Positions 1-10,028 of a stretch of DNA of 64,000 nt are shown piece after piece. The notes under the pieces are model-generated. The model was given only the letters and a program-made list of their open reading frames with translations, was not told the DNA's origin and did no database searches. The stretch is taken from the NCBI GenBank assembly GCA_027484985.1, contig JAIXRW010000056.1, positions 2,814-66,813 of the forward strand. The letters run 5' to 3'. Numbering within the stretch: position 1 is the stretch's first letter; every line of letters starts with the position of its first letter. The translations under genes and the position numbers were made by a program. Source of the stretch: Rhodobacter sp. (lineage in GTDB: Bacteria > Pseudomonadota > Alphaproteobacteria > Rhodobacterales > Rhodobacteraceae).

Positions 1-1549
<1,549 letters not shown>

Positions 1550-1618
1550 GGGTCGTTTCCTTCACATCTTGGCCGGAACCCCCTCCGGCAGTCTTTCGCT
1601 TTGGCGGGCCGCGCCTAT

Positions 1619-2074
1619 ATGCACCGCATGGCCCATCGCTTCACACCGCTTTACGCACTCGCCCTGTCCCTGCTACCGCTGGCAGCAGGGGCCGATGCGG
1701 CACCCCCCGTCGCGCCGCTGCACGCCACGCAGGTGGTGCAGGCGGACCTGATGTTCCTCAAACGCCCGGTCATCGTCTTTGCCGACAGCCCCGAAGACCC
1801 CGCCTTCCAGCGCCAGATGGCGCTGATCGCCCGCGACCCTGCCGCATTGGCCGACCGCGACGTCGTCGTCATCACCGACACCGACCCCGCCGCGAAATCC
1901 GCCCTGCGCCAGAAACTGCGCCCGCGCGGCTTTGGCCTCGTGCTGATGGACAAGGACTGGCAGCCCGAAATCCGCAAACCCCTGCCCTGGGACGTGCGAG
2001 AGATCACCCACGCCATCGACAAATTCCCGCTCCGCCGGCAAGAAATGACCGAACGCCCCGCCGCAGGGGGATAA
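1619..2074 (+). CDS. DUF4174-like secreted protein
   Basis: In-frame ATG inside ORF 854..2074. N-terminal signal-like LYALALSLLPLAAGADA. RPVIVFADSPEDP...LVLMDKDWQPEIRKPLPW...IDKFPLRRQE matches my recollection of the DUF4174 pattern. Alternative start at 1628. Confidence 0.65.
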   Translation: MHRMAHRFTPLYALALSLLPLAAGADAAPPVAPLHATQVVQADLMFLKRPVIVFADSPEDPAFQRQMALIARDPAALADRDVVVITDTDPAAKSALRQKLRPRGFGLVLMDKDWQPEIRKPLPWDVREITHAIDKFPLRRQEMTERPAAGG

Positions 2075-2168
2075 CCGCCCGCAGCGCAGACCGGCCCCCC
2101 TGTCCTGCGCCCACAGCGGGCAGGCCAAGGTGCCGGGCCTCGCTCCTCGCGCGTCCTGCCGGGGGCGC

Positions 2169-2237
2169 GGGGGGCTGTCTGCCCCCCGTCGCCGTTCCGG
2201 CGACTCCCCCCGAGGATATTTGCCCGAGTATGAAAGC
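2169..2237 (-). repeat. intergenic repeat family A, reverse copy
   Basis: GGGGGGCTGTCTGCCCCCC ... CCCCCCGAGGATATTTGCCCGAGTATGAAAG. Forms an inverted pair with the next copy. Boundaries approximate. Confidence 0.75.
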
Positions 2238-2252
2238 AGCAACGCGTGCCCG

Positions 2253-2322
2253 CTTCCCTTTCACCTTTGCCCAAATACTCCGGGGGGGCCTCGCCAAAGG
2301 CGAGGCGGGGGGCTGGCCCCCC
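2253..2322 (+). repeat. intergenic repeat family A, forward copy
   Basis: CTTTCACCTTTGCCCAAATACTCCGGGGGGG ... GGGGGGCTGGCCCCCC. Confidence 0.75.
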
Positions 2323-2468
2323 ATGCCCGCCATGCCGCCCTGACCGCCACCAATCGCAAAGCCCCACCCCCGCGCCCCAAGCAAAAGCAAGAGCCACCCC
2401 CGCAACAGGGCGCGCGTCCCCCTCCCCATGGGGGCGAAGGTCAGGGTAAAGGGGGGCCGGGTCCAAGC

Positions 2469-4472
2469 TCACTCGAACTCCATGATCACATCGTCCACCC
2501 GCAGGCTCGCCCCCGCGCTGGCGCTGATCTTCTTGACCACCCCCTTGCGCTCGGCCTTCAGGATGTTCTCCATCTTCATCGCCTCGACCGTGGCCAAGGC
2601 TTGGCCTTCTTGAACCTCGTCGCCTTCCGCCACATTGATCTTCACGATCAACCCCGGCATCGGACACAGCAGGAAACGCGAGGTATCGGGCGGCAGCTTT
2701 TCGGGCATCAGAGCCGCCAATTCATGCTGGCGCGGGGTTCTCACATGCACCTTCACATCCGCCCCGCGCAGACGCAGACGGAACCCGCCCGGGATCTTGC
2801 CCACCTTCATCACCAAGGGCGCACCCTCCACCACCAGCCGCGCCAAGGCCTGCCCCGGCGTCCAGTCCGACGCCACGCGCAGCACCGCCCCGTCCGCGAA
2901 TACCACGCTAGACCCGTCCCGATCGGCATCCACCCGCAGCGCCAGCGCCTGCCCCTGCACGCTCACCACCCAGTCATCGCCCACGCGGCGCTGGTGGTTG
3001 TCCATCGTGCCCGATATCCTGGTGCGCCTAATCTCGGCCACGCGGTTCATCGCCGCCGCCGCCGCCGCCACGCGCCGCAGGGTCGCATCGTCCAGCACCG
3101 CGCCGTGGAACCCTTCGGGATATTCCTCGGCAATGAAGGCCGTGGTGATATTGCCCGAAACAAAGCGCGGATGGTCCATCACCGCCCCCACGAAGGGCAG
3201 GTTATGCCCGATCCCCTCCACCTCGAAGGTATCCAGCGCCAGGCGCATCTCCTCAATCGCCTCGCCCCGCGTCGGCCCCCAGGTGCACAGCTTCGCGATC
3301 ATCGGGTCGTAATACATGGAAATCTCGCCGCCCTCGAAGACGCCCGTGTCATTCCGCACGATCCCGCCCCGCGCCGTCACCCCCTCGACGGGCGGGCGAT
3401 AGCGCGTCAGTCGGCCAATCGAGGGCAGGAAGTTGCGATAGGGGTCCTCGGCATAAAGCCGGCTTTCCATCGCCCAGCCATTGATCTTCAGGTCCGCCTG
3501 TTTGAACGGCAGCGGCGCGCCATCCGCCACGCGGATCATCTGCTCGACAAGGTCCACACCGGTAATCAGCTCGGTCACCGGATGCTCGACCTGCAAACGC
3601 GTATTCATTTCAAGGAAATAGAAGTTGCGGCTGCCATCCACGATGAACTCGACCGTTCCGGCACTGGTATACCCCACCGCCTTGGCCAAGGCGCAGGCCT
3701 GCTCGCCCATCGCCTTGCGCGTCGCCTCGTCAAGGAAAGGCGACGGCGCCTCTTCGATCACCTTCTGGTTCCGCCGCTGGATGGAACATTCCCGCTCGTG
3801 CAGGTAAACGCAGTTGCCGTGCTTGTCGGCCAGAACCTGAATCTCGATATGGCGCGGTTGCGTCACGAATTTTTCAATGAAAATCCGGTCATCGCCGAAT
3901 GACGCCGCCGCCTCGTTCTTCGACGACTGGAACCCTTCCCGCGCCTCGTCGTCATTCCACGCGATCCGCATCCCCTTGCCGCCACCGCCGGCCGATGCCT
4001 TGATCATCACGGGGTATCCGATCTGGCCCGAGATTTTCACCGCCTCGTCCGCATCCGCAATCAGCCCCATATAGCCCGGCACGGTCGAAACCCCCGCCGC
4101 CTGCGCCAGCTTTTTCGAGGTGATCTTGTCCCCCATCGCCTCGATGGCGGGGCTGGGCGGGCCGATGAACACCACCCCCGCCGCCTCCAATGCGGCGGCA
4201 AAGGCACGGTTCTCCGACAGGAACCCATACCCCGGATGCACCGCCTGCGCGCCGGTTTCCTTGATCGCCGCCATGATCTTGTCGATCACGATATAGCTCT
4301 GCGCCGCGGGGGCAGGCCCGATATGCACCGCCTCATCCGCCATCTTCACATGCAGCGCGTTGCGGTCGGCATCGGAATAAACCGCCACCGTCCTGATCCC
4401 CATCTTGCGGGCCGTCTTGATGACGCGGCAGGCAATCTCGCCGCGATTGGCGATCAATATCTTGTCGAACAT
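2469..4472 (-). CDS. pccA: propionyl-CoA carboxylase alpha subunit (biotin carboxylase + BCCP)
   Basis: ORF track 667 aa. MFDKILIANRGEIACRVIKTARKMGI biotin-carboxylase N-terminus and C-terminal biotinylation motif EAMKMEN. Confidence 0.95.
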   Translation of the reverse strand: MFDKILIANRGEIACRVIKTARKMGIRTVAVYSDADRNALHVKMADEAVHIGPAPAAQSYIVIDKIMAAIKETGAQAVHPGYGFLSENRAFAAALEAAGVVFIGPPSPAIEAMGDKITSKKLAQAAGVSTVPGYMGLIADADEAVKISGQIGYPVMIKASAGGGGKGMRIAWNDDEAREGFQSSKNEAAASFGDDRIFIEKFVTQPRHIEIQVLADKHGNCVYLHERECSIQRRNQKVIEEAPSPFLDEATRKAMGEQACALAKAVGYTSAGTVEFIVDGSRNFYFLEMNTRLQVEHPVTELITGVDLVEQMIRVADGAPLPFKQADLKINGWAMESRLYAEDPYRNFLPSIGRLTRYRPPVEGVTARGGIVRNDTGVFEGGEISMYYDPMIAKLCTWGPTRGEAIEEMRLALDTFEVEGIGHNLPFVGAVMDHPRFVSGNITTAFIAEEYPEGFHGAVLDDATLRRVAAAAAAMNRVAEIRRTRISGTMDNHQRRVGDDWVVSVQGQALALRVDADRDGSSVVFADGAVLRVASDWTPGQALARLVVEGAPLVMKVGKIPGGFRLRLRGADVKVHVRTPRQHELAALMPEKLPPDTSRFLLCPMPGLIVKINVAEGDEVQEGQALATVEAMKMENILKAERKGVVKKISASAGASLRVDDVIMEFE

Positions 4473-4634
4473 GGCTCTTCCCCCCCGCCGCGCGGCACCC
4501 GCCGCATGGCTAAATTGAACACAGCGCCAAGGGCGGGCCAGCCCGTGGCGGCAATGGAAAAGGCCACCCGGGGAATACCCCCGGATGGCCCTGTGACGTG
4601 ATGGGTGATACCCCGCCCGCAGGCAGGGGAAATG

Positions 4635-4862
4635 TCAGTAGCAGACGCCCGCGTCGTCAGCCAGCGCGCCAACACCGGCACCGATGGCCGCACCCGTAAG
4701 GGCGTTCTTGTCCAAAAGGTCCGCCGCCAGCGCGCCGCCCACGGCACCGATGGCCGCACGGCCACCATCGCCCGTGCCGCAGCGCACGCCGGTCGCACCG
4801 GGCGCACAGGCGGCAAGGCCAAGGGCCGTGACGGAAAGAAGGGCAAAGGGAAGGATACGCAT
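4635..4862 (-). CDS. small glycine-zipper lipoprotein
   Basis: ORF track 75 aa. Lipobox LGLAAC after a signal peptide, then Gly/Ala-rich zipper AIGAVGGALAADLL...GAAIGAGVGAL. Confidence 0.6.
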   Translation of the reverse strand: MRILPFALLSVTALGLAACAPGATGVRCGTGDGGRAAIGAVGGALAADLLDKNALTGAAIGAGVGALADDAGVCY

Positions 4863-5052
4863 GATGAACTGCTCCGCTCAGGGGTTATTATTGCCCCGCA
4901 TCCTACCCCAAGGCAGGGCGCAGAAAAGCGGAAAGACAGGAATTGGCCTACATTCGCACCATAATCGGCAAAAGTGCGCCCAATGGCCACGCCATGCCCC
5001 GCCAAGGCCGGACCTGCGGCTTGCACTGCGGCATGGCTGGCGGGGCGCGGGG

Positions 5053-5454
5053 TCATTCGTCCTCGTCCCAGTCATCGTCTTGGTCGAACACCATCGGCGG
5101 CGCATCGGGCGCAAAGACCTCGGGGAAAGACGCCTCGGCCCGCTTCACATCGATCCGCAGCAGCGCCTCATAGCTTTCGGGGTCGAACGGGTCTTCGGCC
5201 GGCACCACCTCGCGCCCGAACAGCCAGCCCAGCCGCCCCGCATCCAGATTGCCCCGCTCGAACGGCTCATCCCCGAACTGCGCCCACAACGCCGCCATAA
5301 AGCCCTGGTCGGCCATGCGGTCGGCATGCTTGCGGTCCTTGAACCGCTCGCGCCGGACAATCTTGGTCGGCCCGTCCTTCTTGTTGGCGCGGCGAATGGT
5401 GAACTGGAAATCGGTGCCGGGCAGACGGCCCGGAAATCCGCGATGCTTCAGCAT
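5053..5454 (-). CDS. hypothetical protein with acidic C-terminus
   Basis: ORF track 133 aa with plausible composition. Ends DQDDDWDEDE. Lies between pccB and pccA on the same strand. No family recognised. Confidence 0.5.
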   Translation of the reverse strand: MLKHRGFPGRLPGTDFQFTIRRANKKDGPTKIVRRERFKDRKHADRMADQGFMAALWAQFGDEPFERGNLDAGRLGWLFGREVVPAEDPFDPESYEALLRIDVKRAEASFPEVFAPDAPPMVFDQDDDWDEDE

Positions 5455-5577
5455 GTCATGCCCCTTCTTGTCCCAAGGGGCGCCTGATGACGCATCGTCG
5501 CGCGCCCGTCAAACGGTCCGCGCGGCAGAAAAAGGGCGGGCCGGGGGCAAAGCCCCGCATTGGCCCGCCCTGTCAGG

Positions 5578-5715
5578 TCACTTGTACTTGCCGGTATAGG
5601 TCGGCTCGGTCGTAACCGCAGCCGGTTCGGCATAGACGACTTCTTCCTTCTTCGCCGCGCAGCCTGCAACAAAGGCAACCATGCACAGCGCGAAAACGAA
5701 CTTGCTCTTCGACAT
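5578..5715 (-). CDS. 45-aa putative lipoprotein (too short for the ORF track)
   Basis: Hand translation: MSKSKFVFALCMVAFVAGCAAKKEEVVYAEPAAVTTEPTYTGKYK. Lipobox VAGC. AGGAG-type SD (caggagtagagg) directly upstream of the ATG. The listed ORF 5573..5800 overlaps it in another frame and looks spurious. Confidence 0.5.
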   Translation of the reverse strand: MSKSKFVFALCMVAFVAGCAAKKEEVVYAEPAAVTTEPTYTGKYK

Positions 5716-5929
5716 CCTCTACTCCTGTTTTCTTGGAGGGTCGCTGCGGATGAAACGCCATCCGCCCGCCCCCATTCCGAGGGATAGGCCGCTTGGGCAC
5801 GACCTTTGCCGACCTTAACGGAATTCATCCGCAAAAGACATGAAAGATCGCCCAAGTTGTGGGCCTGTGGCATGGCTACATCACCAAACCCGTGATCGGC
5901 AACGCAAAAAATGCCAAACGCGCGGCCCA

Positions 5930-6361
5930 TCAAAACAGCTCCCACACACAGTCGCCATTCTCGATCCGATAGGATTCAAAGAATTGCACCACATCGGGCG
6001 CGCTTTCGCCAAAGGCCACCGCACGGTCCGACAGCGAAATCACCACCTGTTCGGGCGCGGGTCCGAAATCACCGATCCGCGGCAAGGCATAGTCACGGCA
6101 CAAAGCGGCCATGTCGCCCTCGGCCGTATCGAAATCCACCGCACCGGCAATGCCGGGGGCGACAAAGCGGAACCGCGTGGTCATCCCCTCGGGGCCCGGC
6201 ACGTTCCAGATCACATCCTGCAACCGCACGTCCTGCCCCGATGGCACATCCACCTTCTGCCCGTCGCCCGGCACGACCTGCGGCCCCTCCTGCCCAAGCG
6301 CCATCCCGGCGCACAGCGCCGCAGGCAACAGGCAAAGGGGGGAAGGCCGCGCCATCATCAT
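5930..6361 (-). CDS. secreted hypothetical protein (possibly DUF6497-like)
   Basis: Within ORF 5930..6427. Start taken at MMMARPSPLCLLPAALCAGMALGQ (signal peptide), immediately after the pccB stop. The family name is a recollection, not verified. Confidence 0.55.
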   Translation of the reverse strand: MMMARPSPLCLLPAALCAGMALGQEGPQVVPGDGQKVDVPSGQDVRLQDVIWNVPGPEGMTTRFRFVAPGIAGAVDFDTAEGDMAALCRDYALPRIGDFGPAPEQVVISLSDRAVAFGESAPDVVQFFESYRIENGDCVWELF

Positions 6362-6362
6362 C

Positions 6363-7895
6363 TCACAGCGGAATATTGTCGTGCTTCTTCCACGGGTTCG
6401 CCTGCTTTTTCGTCCGCAGGCTGGCAAAGGCCCGCGCCACGCGGCGGCGGGTGGAATGGGGCATGATCACCTCGTCGATGAATCCCTTTTCCGCCGCCAC
6501 GAAGGGGTTGGCGAAACGGTCCTCGTAATCCTTCACCCGCGCCGCGATCTTGTCCTTGTCACCCAACTCGCTGCGATACAGAATCTCGACCGCCCCCTTG
6601 GCCCCCATCACCGCCACTTCCGCCGTGGGCCAGGCATAGTTGAAATCCCCGCGCAGATGCTTTGACGACATCACCACATAGGCCCCGCCATAGGTCTTGC
6701 GCGTCAGAACCGTCACCTTGGGCACCGTGGCTTCCGCATAGGCGAACAACAGCTTCGCCCCGTGCTTGATCACCCCGCCATATTCCTGGCTGACACCGGG
6801 CAGGAACCCCGGCACATCCACCAGCGTCAGGATCGGAATCTCGAAGGCATCGCAAAACCGCACGAAGCGCGCGGCCTTGCGGCTCGAGTCGATATCCAGA
6901 CACCCCGCCAGAACCATCGGCTGGTTCGCCACCACCCCCACGGTCTGCCCTTCCAGCCGGATGAAGCCCGTGATGATGTTCGCCGCATAATCCTTCTGTA
7001 TCTCGAAGAAATCGCCCTCATCCGCGACCTTCAGGATCAGTTCCTTCATGTCATAGGGCTGATTGGGATTGTCCGGCACCAGCGTATCAAGGCTTGCCTC
7101 CACCCGCGCCGGATCGTCAAAGAACGGCCGCACGGGTGCCTTCTCGCGGTTGTTCAGCGGCAGAAAGTCGATCAGCCGCCGGATTTCCGCAATCGCCTCG
7201 ACATCGTTCTCGAACGCGCCATCCGCCACGCTCGACTTCTTGGTATGGGTCGAAGCCCCGCCCAGTTCCTCGGCCGTCACCTGCTCGTTGGTGACCGTTT
7301 TCACCACATCCGGCCCCGTGACGAACATGTAAGACGAATCCTTCACCATAAAGATGAAATCCGTCATCGCCGGGCTATAGACAGCCCCCCCCGCACACGG
7401 CCCCATGATCAGCGAAATCTGCGGCACCACGCCCGAGGCAAGCACATTGCGCTGGAACACCTCGCCATAGGCCGCAAGCGAAGAAACCCCTTCCTGAATC
7501 CGCGCCCCGCCGGAATCGTTGATCCCGATCACCGGCGCGCCATTCTGGATCGCCATATCCATGATCTTGCAGATCTTGGCCCCATGCGTTTCCGAAACCG
7601 ATCCGCCCAGCACGGTGAAATCCTGCGCAAAGACATAGACCATGCGCCCGTTGACCGTGCCCCAGCCCGTCACCACCCCGTCACCGGGCGTGCGCGTCGC
7701 CTCCATGCCGAAATCGGTGCAGCGGTGCTGCACGAACATGTCGAACTCCTCGAAACTGCCCTCGTCCAGTAGCAACTCGATCCGTTCCCGCGCGGTCAGC
7801 TTGCCCTTGGCATGCTGGGCCGCAACACGCGCCGCGCCCCCGCCCGCCCGCGCCACGGCGCGGCGCTCTTCCAGTTCCTGCAAGATGTCCTTCAT
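6363..7895 (-). CDS. pccB: propionyl-CoA carboxylase beta subunit (carboxyltransferase)
   Basis: ORF track 6363..7925. Start chosen at [12 protein letters not shown]. Carboxyltransferase blocks throughout ([21 protein letters not shown]). Confidence 0.95.
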   Translation of the reverse strand: MKDILQELEERRAVARAGGGAARVAAQHAKGKLTARERIELLLDEGSFEEFDMFVQHRCTDFGMEATRTPGDGVVTGWGTVNGRMVYVFAQDFTVLGGSVSETHGAKICKIMDMAIQNGAPVIGINDSGGARIQEGVSSLAAYGEVFQRNVLASGVVPQISLIMGPCAGGAVYSPAMTDFIFMVKDSSYMFVTGPDVVKTVTNEQVTAEELGGASTHTKKSSVADGAFENDVEAIAEIRRLIDFLPLNNREKAPVRPFFDDPARVEASLDTLVPDNPNQPYDMKELILKVADEGDFFEIQKDYAANIITGFIRLEGQTVGVVANQPMVLAGCLDIDSSRKAARFVRFCDAFEIPILTLVDVPGFLPGVSQEYGGVIKHGAKLLFAYAEATVPKVTVLTRKTYGGAYVVMSSKHLRGDFNYAWPTAEVAVMGAKGAVEILYRSELGDKDKIAARVKDYEDRFANPFVAAEKGFIDEVIMPHSTRRRVARAFASLRTKKQANPWKKHDNIPL

Positions 7896-7964
7896 GTCCG
7901 CTCCCCCCACTGCACCGCGAACCATAGCGCCGCGCGCCGCACAGGCAAAACGGAACCTCGCATA

Positions 7965-7984
7965 TTTGCAAAGTTTTGGCAGAT
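7965..7984. promoter_or_regulatory. candidate PccR/ScfR operator half-site upstream of pccB
   Basis: TTTGCAAA at 7965..7972 followed by GTTTTGGCAGAT, about 70 nt upstream of the pccB start. The same octamer occurs twice upstream of pccR. Confidence 0.3.
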
Positions 7985-8071
7985 GACCTTACGCAAAACG
8001 CAAATCCGCAAATCCCTCGCCAATCCCCGCCCGCCGTTCTAGAACGGCAACCGGGCCATCGCTCTCGCCCC

Positions 8072-8128
8072 CCATTTTCTGCCCCCAAATATCCTCGGGA
8101 GGGTCCGGGAGGGTCGAGACCCTCCCGG
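8072..8128 (+). repeat. intergenic repeat family A, forward variant copy
   Basis: CATTTTCTGCCCCCAAATATCCTCGGGAGGGTCCGGGAGGGTCGAGACCCTCCCGG. Confidence 0.6.
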
Positions 8129-8167
8129 CCGCTGCCGCAAACCCGACCGCTGCCATCACAGGTTCCC

Positions 8168-8521
8168 ATGCCGAACATCCCCGCCCCCCTCGCCACCATC
8201 GGCCTGCTTCTGGTCTCGAATGTCTTCATGACCTTCGCATGGTATGGCCATCTCAAGGACAAATCCGCCCCCCTTGTCTGGGTGATCCTGACCAGCTGGG
8301 GCATCGCCTTTTTCGAATATGTGCTGATGGTGCCCGCCAACCGCATCGGCTACGGCACCTTCAACGCAGCGCAACTCAAGACGATACAAGAGGTCATCAC
8401 CCTCACCGTCTTTGCCGCCTTCTCGGTCTGGTATCTCAAGGAACCGCTCGGCTGGAACCACGCGCTCGGCTTTGCCTTCATCGCGCTCGGCGCCTTCTTC
8501 ATCTTCCACAAATGGGCGTGA
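8168..8521 (+). CDS. DMT-superfamily small membrane protein (DUF486-like)
   Basis: In-frame ATG within ORF 7976..8521. LLVSNVFMTFAWYGHLK...WGIAFFEYVLMVPANRIGY...QLKTIQEVITL matches the DUF486 pattern. Confidence 0.8.
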   Translation: MPNIPAPLATIGLLLVSNVFMTFAWYGHLKDKSAPLVWVILTSWGIAFFEYVLMVPANRIGYGTFNAAQLKTIQEVITLTVFAAFSVWYLKEPLGWNHALGFAFIALGAFFIFHKWA

Positions 8522-8552
8522 CACGGGGCGGTGCGCGCCCTAAGTCGGGCGG

Positions 8553-9764
8553 ATGGATAGAACACGCTTTCTCGACCGCACCACCCCGCCCCATATCGCC
8601 ACGCTGATCCTGCTGTCGGGCCTGTCGGCGCTGACCATGAACATCTTTTTGCCCTCGCTTCCGGGCATGGCGGCCTATTTCGACGCGCCCTACAGCCTGA
8701 TGCAGCTTTCCGTGGCGCTCTACCTTGCGCTGTCGGCGGTGCTTCAGGTGCTGATCGGCCCCGTCTCCGACCGGCTCGGGCGGCGCAAGGTGCTGCTGGC
8801 CTCGCTGGTGCTGTTCCTGATCGCCACGGCGGGCACGCTTCTGGCACCCACGGCCACGGTCTTTCTGGTCTTTCGCATGGCGCAGGCCGTGATCGCCGCA
8901 GGCATGGTGCTGTCGCGCGCCGTGGTGCGCGACATGGTGCCCGACGCACAGGCCGCCAGCATGATCGGCTATGTCACCATGGGCATGAGCATTGTGCCCA
9001 TGATCGGCCCCGTCATCGGCGGCCTGCTGGACGAGGCGTTCGGCTGGCACGCCAATTTCGCCCTGCTCGCCCTGCTCGGCATCGTCACCCTCGCCCTTGT
9101 CTGGGCCGACCTTGGCGAAACCGCCACGATCCGCCGCGTCAGCCTTGGCGACCAGATGCGCAGCTACCCCAAACTCCTGCGCTCGCAGCGCTTCTGGGGC
9201 TATGTGCTCTGCTCCTCCTTCGCCTCGGGGTCGTTCTACGCCTATCTCGGCGGCGCGCCTTACGTCGGCAACACGGTCTTCGGCCTGTCGTCGTCGCATA
9301 TCGGGGCGCTCTTCGCGATTACGGCCCTGGGCTATGCGGCGGGCAATTTCATCGCGGGCCGCTTTTCGGTGCGCATCGGGCTGAACCGGATGATCCTTGC
9401 AGGCGCCGCCTTTACCGTGGCGGGGCTCGGCCTGCTCGCGCTGCTCACCCTCGGCGGGGTCCATTCCGCACTCGTGTTCTTCGGTTGCACCATCTTTGTA
9501 GGCCTTGGCAACGGCATGACCCTTCCCAACGCCAATGCCGGCATGCTGTCGGTCCGCCCCGAACTTGCCGGCACCGCCTCGGGCCTTGGCGGCGCGATCC
9601 AGATCGGCGGCGGCGCGGGCCTTGCCGCGCTGGCGGGCGCCCTGCTCGGCCCGGGCACGGGCGAGATGCCGCTGGTCCTTCTCATGCTTGCCTGCGCCAC
9701 AGCCTCGCTTTTGTCGATCCTCTGGGTCATGCGGCGGGCACGGGCGATCGGCTTGGCGGGCTGA
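8553..9764 (+). CDS. MFS transporter, Bcr/CflA drug-efflux subfamily-like
   Basis: ORF track 403 aa. 12-TM-like hydrophobic profile and the GPVSDRLGRRKVL MFS loop motif. Confidence 0.8.
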   Translation: MDRTRFLDRTTPPHIATLILLSGLSALTMNIFLPSLPGMAAYFDAPYSLMQLSVALYLALSAVLQVLIGPVSDRLGRRKVLLASLVLFLIATAGTLLAPTATVFLVFRMAQAVIAAGMVLSRAVVRDMVPDAQAASMIGYVTMGMSIVPMIGPVIGGLLDEAFGWHANFALLALLGIVTLALVWADLGETATIRRVSLGDQMRSYPKLLRSQRFWGYVLCSSFASGSFYAYLGGAPYVGNTVFGLSSSHIGALFAITALGYAAGNFIAGRFSVRIGLNRMILAGAAFTVAGLGLLALLTLGGVHSALVFFGCTIFVGLGNGMTLPNANAGMLSVRPELAGTASGLGGAIQIGGGAGLAALAGALLGPGTGEMPLVLLMLACATASLLSILWVMRRARAIGLAG

Positions 9765-9775
9765 TGCAGTCACAA

Positions 9776-9913
9776 AGAGGCTGAAAAGGCTCCAGTGGAG
9801 CGTTTTCAGCCTCTGCCGTTAGGGGCGCGCCCGACACGCGGGGTGGGCGCTTCATTCGCCCACCCCGAGGGGGCGGGTCGGGCGCGCACCGTGGCTTTGG
9901 GCCACGGCGCAAC
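9776..9913 (+). repeat. composite structured repeat family B, copy 1
   Basis: Perfect 12-bp stem AGAGGCTGAAAA/TTTTCAGCCTCT (9776..9814) enclosing palindrome GCTCCAGTGGAGC. Followed by a GC-rich double hairpin GGGGCGCGCCCGAC...GGGTGGGCGC...GCCCACCCC...GTCGGGCGCGC...CCGTGGCTTTGGGCCACGG. Sits just after the MFS stop, so probably also acts as a terminator. Confidence 0.7.
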
Positions 9914-9969
9914 CCCACCGTCCGCGAAACCCCGCTCCCCCTTGACGGCCACAAATTTCTCCGAAGAAA

Positions 9970-10019
9970 TTTGCAAAATCGTTCGAACAATTTTGCCCAC
10001 CCCCACCGCGTTTTGCAAA
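9970..10019. promoter_or_regulatory. candidate PccR autoregulatory sites (two TTTGCAAA octamers)
   Basis: TTTGCAAA at 9970..9977 and 10012..10019, with a TTTTGCCC relative at about 9991, all directly upstream of the pccR ATG at 10029. Confidence 0.3.
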
Positions 10020-10028
10020 GGCACCGCC

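Noticed and set aside
2130-3902. 590-aa plus-strand ORF antisense to pccA. The same type occurs at 11435..13255 (antisense to parE), 20729..22378, 36623..38548, 41352..44207, 52432..54795 and 58117..61029.
   Set aside because: These are Arg/Pro/Gly/His-rich low-complexity translations. Each lies opposite a gene with clear family signatures or spans repeats. They are typical stop-codon-poor antisense frames of high-GC DNA.
5573-5800. 75-aa minus-strand ORF from the track overlapping the 45-aa lipoprotein ORF.
   Set aside because: It has a GTG start without an SD and an Arg/Cys/Gly-rich artefact-like sequence. The alternative frame gives a canonical SD + ATG + lipobox peptide.
9795-10028. 78-codon N-terminal extension of the pccR ORF.
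   Set aside because: It reads through the family B repeat and the TTTGCAAA promoter region. The XRE HTH begins right after the ATG at 10029.
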